A DNA stretch of 64,000 nt, taken from IMG/VR virus record IMGVR_UViG_3300042317_000390, positions 64,001 through 128,000 of that record. One strand, given 5' to 3'. Of the stretch, positions 35,736 through 43,773 are shown in pieces. The position numbers and the translations under genes were made by a program. The number at the start of each line of letters is the position of its first letter. Within the stretch, counting starts at the first letter, position 1. Below the pieces are notes generated by a model, which saw only the letters and a list, made by a program, of their open reading frames with translations, made no database searches and had not been told where the DNA came from. Source of the stretch: a virus.

Positions 35736-38573
35736 ATGGCCAATAACAGAATTCAAATTAAAAGATCAACATCTAATTCAGTCGTTACTGGTTTAAGTAA
35801 CGGCGAATTTGCGTTTACACAAGCTTCAAATACACTCTGGATTGGCCTCCCAGACGGCTCAGGTGCTTTAAGAGTTGCTGGCGCTCAATACCCAGGTGTT
35901 CTTACAGCAAACCAGGCTATGGTCGTCAATGCCACTTCAGGTATTGATAAGGTCATCGTAGCTAACGCTGTAGTTTCTACTCTTTTTGCTAATGGCTCTC
36001 CCGGCTCAAACGGTCAAGTTCTAGTCACAAACGGAACCTCAATTTATTGGGGTACAGGCACATCAGGCTCTAATACCTATATCCAGTTTAACGACTCAGG
36101 CGTTGCTAACGGCGTTCCCGGCTTCACTTTTGATAAGACATCTAATACTCTTTATGTTGGCGATGTTATTACTATTGGTACAGAGTTTATTGCGAACGAT
36201 ACCGTAATCTTCCTTGGTAATACTACATCAAACACTACGCTTGGTGCTTATAACCAACCATATCAAATAGCTTTAAAGAGCGATACAAACGTTAATACCT
36301 TCATTCTTGCAGGTAACAGTAGCGTTAATACGACATCGTTTGTAAAGGCTAATTCTACTCAATATAGTGAAATTACAAAAACGTATAATGGTACGGTATT
36401 TGGACAGGCTCAAACTTATGTAACTAAAGATCTAAGCGGTCTATATCTACAGACAAGTAATAATTCCTTTGAATTCAGTGAGATCGATCTTAACAGCACA
36501 AATGGTTATTCTCAGGTTACTGGTAAGACTTTCAATCAGTCTACAAGTAATTCATATTCTTATGAAATCTCTTCAAATACGACTACTGCTTTCCTAAGAT
36601 TATTTGACGATACAGGCGTTAATGCTAATCTAGTGGCTAATCAGAGCCAGTTAACGATTGGTAACACTTCTGTAAATGCTGCTATTAACTCATCAGCCTT
36701 CTTCGTTGTTGGTAATACGACATCTTTAGGTTCTGCTGTTTATAATTCAAACGGCGTATCTCTAGGTAATAATACAAGTACAGCTACTCCAGTTGTAAGA
36801 ATGGCTAATACTACAGGTAATACCCTATTAGGTGTTACTTCGCTAGTATTTGGTGGTAACTCTACGACTCTTGCTCCTGTAACAATTAACGGCAATGGTG
36901 CGTCGTTTGGTGATAGCACTGGTACAGCTGCTCCTCAAGTTTATATTGCTAATACAGTAGGTAATACTACAGTTTCGGTTGCGTCTATCGTAATCGGCGG
37001 TAACTCAACTACATTAGCTCCAGTTTCAATTAGCGGCAATGGCGTTGTAATCGGTAATAATACTGGAACAGCTGCTCCATCTATTAACATTGCTAATGCT
37101 TACGGTAATAGCGTATTCAACGTTAATTCTTGGTCGCTTAGTAATTCAACCGCTAATATCTTAATTGCTAATAACGGCGGTGTTTTTGCTAATAACGGTA
37201 CAGTTGTATTCGTTGGTAATAGCACGATTAACGCTACGCATAATTCGTCTGCGTTCTTTATTACTGGTAATTCTACCACACTAGCAACCGCTACGTATTG
37301 GTCAAACGGCGTTGTAATCGGCAATAATACGGTTACTGCTTCACCAACCGTATACTTTGCTAATACGACTGGTAATTCAGAGATAACAGTTTCTTCGATT
37401 AACTTTGCTGGAAATACTACAACTCTAGCTAATGTAACATTAACTGGTAATGGACTAGTTATTGGTAATACAAGCGGAATGGCTTCGCCAGTCCTCTATA
37501 TGGCCAATACAACTGAATCAATTAACGTTGGTGTTAATTATATTCAGCTAACGGGTAATGCTACTACACTAGCTCCAGTTACGATTAATGGTAACGGTGC
37601 TGTATTCGGAACAACTTCTGGTTCAGCTTCTCCTGTAATCAGCGTTGCTAATACAACTGGTAACGTCCTAATTCAGACTTATCAGATTAAGGTAAGTAAC
37701 GCATCTGCTACAGTTCTAACCGCTAATACGACAAAGATCGTATTCACTGGTGCTAACGTTGATGCTCTAGCGGCAGATCTAAAAGTTAATAATGCTGTAA
37801 TTACTAATAATCTTAACGTAAACGCTAATACCACGCTTGGTGATTCTACAGCTGATAGATTAACAGTTCCTGCTCTAGTTAGCAGTAATTTGATTCCATC
37901 TTCTAATCAGATTTATCTACTTGGTAATAATAGCCTAAGATGGGCTGAAGGTCACTTCGCTAATCTACATTCTAATACTGGTTATTTCGACGGCGATGTT
38001 CAGATCGGTGGTAGCCTTGAGGTATTCGGTAACGTTACAACTACAAATGTAACATCGGTTATTGTTTCTGATCCAATGATCTATCTCGCTGGTAATAACT
38101 ACGCTGGCGATTTAGTAGATATTGGTTTTGCTGCTAACTATTTTGATGGTACAACACAACGACATACTGGTCTATTCCGTGACGCTTCTGATGGTGGTAT
38201 CTATAAGTTATTCACAAATTCAGAGCAAGAGCTATCTGGTAATAACCTAGTTAATACCGCTGCTAATGGATTTACTCTTGCTATTCTACAGACCTATATC
38301 GATTCAGCTGGTTTCACTTCAAACGCTACATCGGTATATATTACTGCTAATAGCTCACTTAACGTTCATATCGTAGCTAATACTCTTACGCTCTCAACTG
38401 CTCTAGCAGGAACAGAAGGTGGTACAGGATATAAGGACACGATTGATCAATCAATCCTAGTTGGTAACGTAACCAATGGTTATAACAGACTAACTCTAGG
38501 CGTAAGTGGCTACGTTCTACAATCGAACGGCTCTGCTCTAGTTTATGATATTCTGGACGGTGGTTCGTTCTAA
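35736..38573 (+). CDS. Tail fibre protein
   Basis: IQIKRS.....L..GE.A N-terminus, internal ~42-aa repeats, DP.I.L...DIG....Y...H.GLFRDASD module, DGGSF end. Confidence 0.8.
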   Translation: MANNRIQIKRSTSNSVVTGLSNGEFAFTQASNTLWIGLPDGSGALRVAGAQYPGVLTANQAMVVNATSGIDKVIVANAVVSTLFANGSPGSNGQVLVTNGTSIYWGTGTSGSNTYIQFNDSGVANGVPGFTFDKTSNTLYVGDVITIGTEFIANDTVIFLGNTTSNTTLGAYNQPYQIALKSDTNVNTFILAGNSSVNTTSFVKANSTQYSEITKTYNGTVFGQAQTYVTKDLSGLYLQTSNNSFEFSEIDLNSTNGYSQVTGKTFNQSTSNSYSYEISSNTTTAFLRLFDDTGVNANLVANQSQLTIGNTSVNAAINSSAFFVVGNTTSLGSAVYNSNGVSLGNNTSTATPVVRMANTTGNTLLGVTSLVFGGNSTTLAPVTINGNGASFGDSTGTAAPQVYIANTVGNTTVSVASIVIGGNSTTLAPVSISGNGVVIGNNTGTAAPSINIANAYGNSVFNVNSWSLSNSTANILIANNGGVFANNGTVVFVGNSTINATHNSSAFFITGNSTTLATATYWSNGVVIGNNTVTASPTVYFANTTGNSEITVSSINFAGNTTTLANVTLTGNGLVIGNTSGMASPVLYMANTTESINVGVNYIQLTGNATTLAPVTINGNGAVFGTTSGSASPVISVANTTGNVLIQTYQIKVSNASATVLTANTTKIVFTGANVDALAADLKVNNAVITNNLNVNANTTLGDSTADRLTVPALVSSNLIPSSNQIYLLGNNSLRWAEGHFANLHSNTGYFDGDVQIGGSLEVFGNVTTTNVTSVIVSDPMIYLAGNNYAGDLVDIGFAANYFDGTTQRHTGLFRDASDGGIYKLFTNSEQELSGNNLVNTAANGFTLAILQTYIDSAGFTSNATSVYITANSSLNVHIVANTLTLSTALAGTEGGTGYKDTIDQSILVGNVTNGYNRLTLGVSGYVLQSNGSALVYDILDGGSF
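36709..37670 (+). repeat. About six degenerate ~42-aa repeats in the fibre shaft
   Basis: Recurring GN(S/T/A)TTLA(P)V.(I)NGNG..(F/I)G..TG.A.P....ANTTGN. Boundaries approximate. Confidence 0.75.
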
Positions 38574-38589
38574 TAAGGATAGATATATT

Positions 38590-39117
38590 ATGGATAATGA
38601 TGAAAAGGTAGACAATAAAGAGAATCAATACTTAACCTTATACGTTCAAAAACAAGAACAGCTTATGCTGGAATATATAAGGAAAAGTATTGATCTCGAA
38701 ATTAGATCAATGATTCTTGGTAACGTAGTTAAAGATATTTCAACTAAATACGAAGAATCACAAGATCAGATTAAAGTTCTTAATGGAAGTATGGATCAAG
38801 CAGTTAAGGGGCTAGATGCGTTAACCGTTGATAAGAAAATGTTTGAAGAGAGAGTTTCTCAATATGAGAATCGAATCAAACAACTAGAAAAAGAACTTAG
38901 TGAGACGCTTGTTGAAAAGAATCAATTTGGTAATGAGCTTTCTACTGTAAAAGGTCAGATTGACGATTATAGAAGATCTTCTGAAGAATCTAGAAGAGAA
39001 CTACAACGTCAGACCGAAGAGTTGAATAGCATTCATAGAGAAATGGAAGAACTTAGATCTATGAAAGGCTCCGATACTAAAAAGGCAGCTAAAAAAGCAT
39101 CAATTGATGAATTTTAA
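38590..39117 (+). CDS. Coiled-coil protein (likely start 38590)
   Basis: Heptad-rich E/K/Q/L sequence and AAGGA RBS. Confidence 0.75.
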   Translation: MDNDEKVDNKENQYLTLYVQKQEQLMLEYIRKSIDLEIRSMILGNVVKDISTKYEESQDQIKVLNGSMDQAVKGLDALTVDKKMFEERVSQYENRIKQLEKELSETLVEKNQFGNELSTVKGQIDDYRRSSEESRRELQRQTEELNSIHREMEELRSMKGSDTKKAAKKASIDEF

Positions 39118-39154
39118 TATACTCAGTATATACTGAGCTTTAGGAGAGCCTAGA

Positions 39155-40459
39155 ATGGCTAATACGATTTTCAAACTGCGTCGTTCAAGCGTCGCAGGTA
39201 AAGTTCCTAATACAGCTTCGCTTTCAATTGGCGAACTTGCTATCAATTTATCCGATAAAAAACTATATTCTTCTGATGGTAGTCAGATTTTTGAAACTGG
39301 TGCCAATCTAAACTCCCTAAACGTTTCCACAAATACAACTCTTAACGTAGTTAACGTTGCTTCAAACGCTACGGTCAACAATATTATTTTTACGGGCGGT
39401 ATCTTCGCAAACGGCGAGTTTGGTACATCAGGACAAGTATTATCTACAAACGGTTCTGCTGTTTACTGGGGAACCGGTGGTGGTTCAGCGAATGGTATAT
39501 TGGATGTAAGACAACAATACGTAGGCGATGGCACGTCAAATACATACATCGTAACTGGTGGATATAGACCAAACGATATATCAGTATTCATAAACGGCGT
39601 TATGCTTCGTAATGGAGTTGACGTAGACGTTACCGATGGTGGTACGTTTAGTTTTACAACTGCTCCAGTTAATGGCGCTCTAATTGACGTTGTTGGTATT
39701 GGTACGCTCTACGCTAATGGTGTATCAACAACAACGTCGCAACAATTTACTGCGAATGGTACAGCAAATAGTTTTACGATTTCTGGTGGATACGTTCCAT
39801 ATCAGATTCAAGTATATCTAAATGGTGTTAAACAGATACCAGGAACAGACGTTATTATTTCTTCTGGTAGCACTGTAGATTTTACTTCAACTCCAGCAAA
39901 TAATTTCATAGTAGATATTTTTGGTTATCAAACTTCTTTATTATTATCTATTGATACTACAGCACAGTATACATGGACCAATACTCATACATTTACGCAG
40001 ACTATAATTGGAACAGTTAATAATTCTTTATACATAGGCGGAACGTCTGCTGCTAACGTTGTTTCTAATGCACAATTACAAGCTAACCTTTCGAACTATC
40101 AGACTTCTGCCGGATTAGCCAGTAACGTTGCAATTCTAACTGCTAATAATGCCAATAATCTTCTTGGATATACATGGGCATCACCTGGTGCAATAGGGTC
40201 GGTAACAGCTAACACTGGTGCATTTACGAACGTATCTGTTAATACCACTGTTAGCATTGGAAATTCAACAGTTAATTCAACTGTTAATACATCAGTATTA
40301 CAGATTTCTAATACTACAGGAACAGCAAATATAACACCAACATCTATTTTCTTAGGGAACTCTTCAGTGAATTGTGTTATAAATAGTACGTCAGTGTATG
40401 TTAATGGCGTAGATTATAACCCAACCACAGCCCTAGCAATAGCAGTCGCATTAAGTTAA
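39155..40459 (+). CDS. Tail fibre/scaffold protein
   Basis: KLRRS.V.GK.P....L..GELAIN..D.KLY N-terminus, two F...G....F...V..NGV repeats, AIAVALS end. Confidence 0.8.
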   Translation: MANTIFKLRRSSVAGKVPNTASLSIGELAINLSDKKLYSSDGSQIFETGANLNSLNVSTNTTLNVVNVASNATVNNIIFTGGIFANGEFGTSGQVLSTNGSAVYWGTGGGSANGILDVRQQYVGDGTSNTYIVTGGYRPNDISVFINGVMLRNGVDVDVTDGGTFSFTTAPVNGALIDVVGIGTLYANGVSTTTSQQFTANGTANSFTISGGYVPYQIQVYLNGVKQIPGTDVIISSGSTVDFTSTPANNFIVDIFGYQTSLLLSIDTTAQYTWTNTHTFTQTIIGTVNNSLYIGGTSAANVVSNAQLQANLSNYQTSAGLASNVAILTANNANNLLGYTWASPGAIGSVTANTGAFTNVSVNTTVSIGNSTVNSTVNTSVLQISNTTGTANITPTSIFLGNSSVNCVINSTSVYVNGVDYNPTTALAIAVALS

Positions 40460-40472
40460 GGAACTCTAGAAA

Positions 40473-40793
40473 ATGCCAGCAGCTTTTAAAAATTATCAAA
40501 GTAGGGCAGTGGGAACATCCAACACTCAGGTTGGTTCTTATTCAGTTCCTTCGTCAACAAATGCTATGATGTTGACCCTATCATTATCAAACATTACTAC
40601 ATCCCCAGTTACTGCCAATGTTTATCATAACAATGGCGCCAATAATACTTCTATTGTATCATTGGCGCCAATTCCTGTTGGTGGTTCTTTGGAAATTAAT
40701 AAAATTGCCCTTCAAACCGGTCACTCAATATATGTTGTTTCAAACACTGCGAGTAGTGTTGATGCAGTGATGAGTGTGATGGAGCTCACATGA
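40473..40793 (+). CDS. Small virion-associated beta protein
   Basis: Y.VP.......L...N.....P.G.SL.....L......S......D...S..E pattern of fibre-cluster genes. Confidence 0.7.
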   Translation: MPAAFKNYQSRAVGTSNTQVGSYSVPSSTNAMMLTLSLSNITTSPVTANVYHNNGANNTSIVSLAPIPVGGSLEINKIALQTGHSIYVVSNTASSVDAVMSVMELT

Positions 40794-42019
40794 GCGGATA
40801 TATCGGTCCAAAAACAGCAGACGTTCCAGTAGGAACAATTAGCACTAAAGGAACTATTAGCGGTAACAACATTGTTATTGGTGGTGCTACTGTTAACTCC
40901 ACTGTGTTTACGGGTACTGCTAATAATTCAACTTACGCTTTTGGTAAAACAGAAGGTAATTTAAACGTAAACTCTGCTGTTTACGCTAATGGATCATATA
41001 CTAATACGTTCACGGTTGGTAATTCAAATTATTTTGTTGCTAATGGTAATGTTGGACTTAGTACAGCTACCCCTAATTTTAAATTAGACTTAAGAAATGG
41101 CAGAGCACAGTTTGCTTGTGCTAACGAAGCATTCTCTATAGGTTTAAGATATAACGAAAACACTAATGGTGTTTGGTTAGGTTCTCCATCGGCCAACGCA
41201 TTTCAAATTTCTAATGCTGGTGGTGGTGCTTTATTTAATATTACTGGTAATGGTAATGTTCTTATTCCTGCAGGTAATTTAGGAGTTGGAGTTTCTTCGC
41301 CAAATCATAGTATTGCTACTACTGTTTCGATGGCTATTACTGCTTCTGGTGGTGCTCAATATTTGCTCATGGGTAATCAAGATTCTGGTGGAGTTAATAA
41401 ACCAGGTATAATAAGAAGTTTTAATGGTGGGCAGTTTGAAATCGGTTTTGGTGATTCTTGGACAAATTCTACTGGTGGTAATTTTACTAATGTATTTGCT
41501 GTATATAGTCCCGCCGGAACAGTATGTTTAAAAGGTGGAAATACTTCTGCTGGTGGTACTGGTATTACTTTTCCTACTACACAATCTGCAAGTTCTGACG
41601 CCAATACTCTTGATGATTATGAAGAAGGTTCATGGACACCAGTATTTACTGCCGACACACCACCAACCGGTGTTACATACAGTTCTAGAATTGGTACATA
41701 TACTAAGATAGGCGATCTAGTCTATGTCAGATGTACCATTCTACTTTCAAGTAAAGGTACAGGTGGTTCAGGAACAGTCTTTATAACCGGATTACCATTC
41801 TCCGCTGCTGGTTTAGCCAACGGATATGCCTATCAAACTTTAGGTGGTTATTGTTATCCATCTTCGGGTGACACATTTACAGCCATGTATGGATGTGTTT
41901 ATGATAGTGGCTCAGCTATTATAACGTCATCGGCACCAGGCGCACTTTCTACAATAGCTTGGTCATCTTATGGCAACATTTCAAAAATTAGTTTTTCAGG
42001 CACTTATAAGATAAGTTAA
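40790..42019 (+). CDS. Tail fibre/receptor-binding protein (LDDYEEG-type C-terminal domain)
   Basis: GYIG N-terminus, ANGNVG repeats, DANTLDDYEEGSWTP...YTKIG..V...GLPF. Confidence 0.8.
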   Translation: MSGYIGPKTADVPVGTISTKGTISGNNIVIGGATVNSTVFTGTANNSTYAFGKTEGNLNVNSAVYANGSYTNTFTVGNSNYFVANGNVGLSTATPNFKLDLRNGRAQFACANEAFSIGLRYNENTNGVWLGSPSANAFQISNAGGGALFNITGNGNVLIPAGNLGVGVSSPNHSIATTVSMAITASGGAQYLLMGNQDSGGVNKPGIIRSFNGGQFEIGFGDSWTNSTGGNFTNVFAVYSPAGTVCLKGGNTSAGGTGITFPTTQSASSDANTLDDYEEGSWTPVFTADTPPTGVTYSSRIGTYTKIGDLVYVRCTILLSSKGTGGSGTVFITGLPFSAAGLANGYAYQTLGGYCYPSSGDTFTAMYGCVYDSGSAIITSSAPGALSTIAWSSYGNISKISFSGTYKIS

Positions 42020-42071
42020 CCCTAATTAACTACGCCGGATTAGCGTAGTCGGACACAGAAAGGTAAATAAA

Positions 42072-42338
42072 ATGGCACTAACAGAAACTAAAGTAATCGA
42101 TCAAATCACAGTCACAGAGAACGGCACCCTTCTTGTAAGAGAAGCAACAAGAGTCCTTCGTGACGGCGAACAAATCGCACAGACCTATCACCGTTGGTCT
42201 TTTGCTCCCGGTTCAGACATTTCAGAGATGCCTCAGAATGTTCAGGATATTGCTGATGTAACATGGACTCCAGAAGTCATTGCTGCTTATGAAGCACAGA
42301 TAGCAGCCAGCGTTGCAACCCCACCAGTAGCAGAGTAA
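42072..42338 (+). CDS. Small fibre partner/chaperone-like protein
   Basis: MALTE..VID.I.V.ENG...VRE.T....DG......HR.....WT..V..AY. Lies between two LDDYEEG fibres. Confidence 0.75.
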   Translation: MALTETKVIDQITVTENGTLLVREATRVLRDGEQIAQTYHRWSFAPGSDISEMPQNVQDIADVTWTPEVIAAYEAQIAASVATPPVAE

Positions 42339-42341
42339 TCG

Positions 42342-43763
42342 ATGCCAATATCAAAGTCATTAACAACAGCACTAATTGATGGTACTGGAGCTATAACTCC
42401 AGCCAACGTCACTGTGTCAACCAATACTATGACTGTTGGCACAGCAATGTATGTTGTTGCTAATGGCAATGTTGGTATTGGAACTAATGCCCCTGTTGGT
42501 TATCCAAATTATACGACATTAGAAGTAAGAAATACTGGTGGTGGATTGTTACGACTAGGTAATAGCGCCACCAGCGCTGGTTATATTTACAATGACGGTA
42601 ATAATATGGGTATGTATAATCTAACATCTACTGGTTTGTTAGATTTTGGCGCCAATGGTCAATTACAAATGAGAATAACTCCCAGCGGCAACGTTGGTAT
42701 TGGTCTTACTAATCCATCATACAAACTTGATGTCACAGGAACATTTAGAGCAACAGGCTATACCCATGCCGGTGGTCTTGTTGCAGGTGCAAATCTTGTA
42801 GCTAACGACTTAACATCAACAGCAGCACTTCGAATTGGTAATAGTGGCGGCGACAGTCTTTTTATCGGGCAGTTTGCAAACTCTCATATATGGATGCAGG
42901 GAGCTTATTTTAATTCTACTCTTGCTACATATGCTCTGATATTACAACCATTAGGTAATGGTGTTACTATTGGTTCTAATAATGTACCCCAGAATTCCAG
43001 ACTTATGGTTATGGGTATTGGTCAAACTTCTAATAATATTTCTGATTCTGGATATCATGATGCTTCTATAATGATAGCTGCCAAAGATGGTTATTATGGC
43101 GGCGGCGGGGCTTTGTATTTTTCTACCAAAAATGATAATGGAACATATCTGCCTGTTTGGGCTATGAAGTTGTTTTATACAAACGGCATTGCCAATGGTG
43201 TTGGTGATTTGGTATTTTCAGGCAGAGCAAGTGGCTTGGCCACAGGCACCACAGAACGTATGAGATTGAATTCTGACGGTGTATTAGGTTTGACTGGTGG
43301 TAGAATACAGTTTCCTGCCACACAAGTTGCAAGCACTGACGCCAACACCCTTGATGATTATGAGGAAGGAACTTGGACACCAACACTAGAATGTTCAACA
43401 ACAAACCCAACTTTAACTTATAGCTTACAGGCAGGAAGATATACAAAAATTGGTAATGTGGTATTTCTCAATTTTGATTTAAGATGGTCTTCTTTAACAA
43501 ATATTGGTTCTGGTAACCTATGGATAGGAGGATTACCATTTGGTTCACAATCTCAATACGAAGCTGGTGTAGTAAGCGAAAAGTTTGGAGTTTCAAATCC
43601 TGCTGGTAGTTATGGAGTTAATGTGGAAACATTCGCGGGAACATCCAGATTATATTTAACAGGTAATAGAACAGACAATGGTGGTTCTCCTGCATTTGGC
43701 GCAGGAACATTAGCAACAGGCCAATCAGGTTATCTAATAGGCGCTATAACATATAAAATTTAA
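42342..43763 (+). CDS. Tail fibre/receptor-binding protein (LDDYEEG-type C-terminal domain)
   Basis: GNVGIG repeats, ERMR, DANTLDDYEEGTWTP...YTKIGN.V...GLPF. Confidence 0.8.
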   Translation: MPISKSLTTALIDGTGAITPANVTVSTNTMTVGTAMYVVANGNVGIGTNAPVGYPNYTTLEVRNTGGGLLRLGNSATSAGYIYNDGNNMGMYNLTSTGLLDFGANGQLQMRITPSGNVGIGLTNPSYKLDVTGTFRATGYTHAGGLVAGANLVANDLTSTAALRIGNSGGDSLFIGQFANSHIWMQGAYFNSTLATYALILQPLGNGVTIGSNNVPQNSRLMVMGIGQTSNNISDSGYHDASIMIAAKDGYYGGGGALYFSTKNDNGTYLPVWAMKLFYTNGIANGVGDLVFSGRASGLATGTTERMRLNSDGVLGLTGGRIQFPATQVASTDANTLDDYEEGTWTPTLECSTTNPTLTYSLQAGRYTKIGNVVFLNFDLRWSSLTNIGSGNLWIGGLPFGSQSQYEAGVVSEKFGVSNPAGSYGVNVETFAGTSRLYLTGNRTDNGGSPAFGAGTLATGQSGYLIGAITYKI

Positions 43764-43773
43764 GGAACAATAA

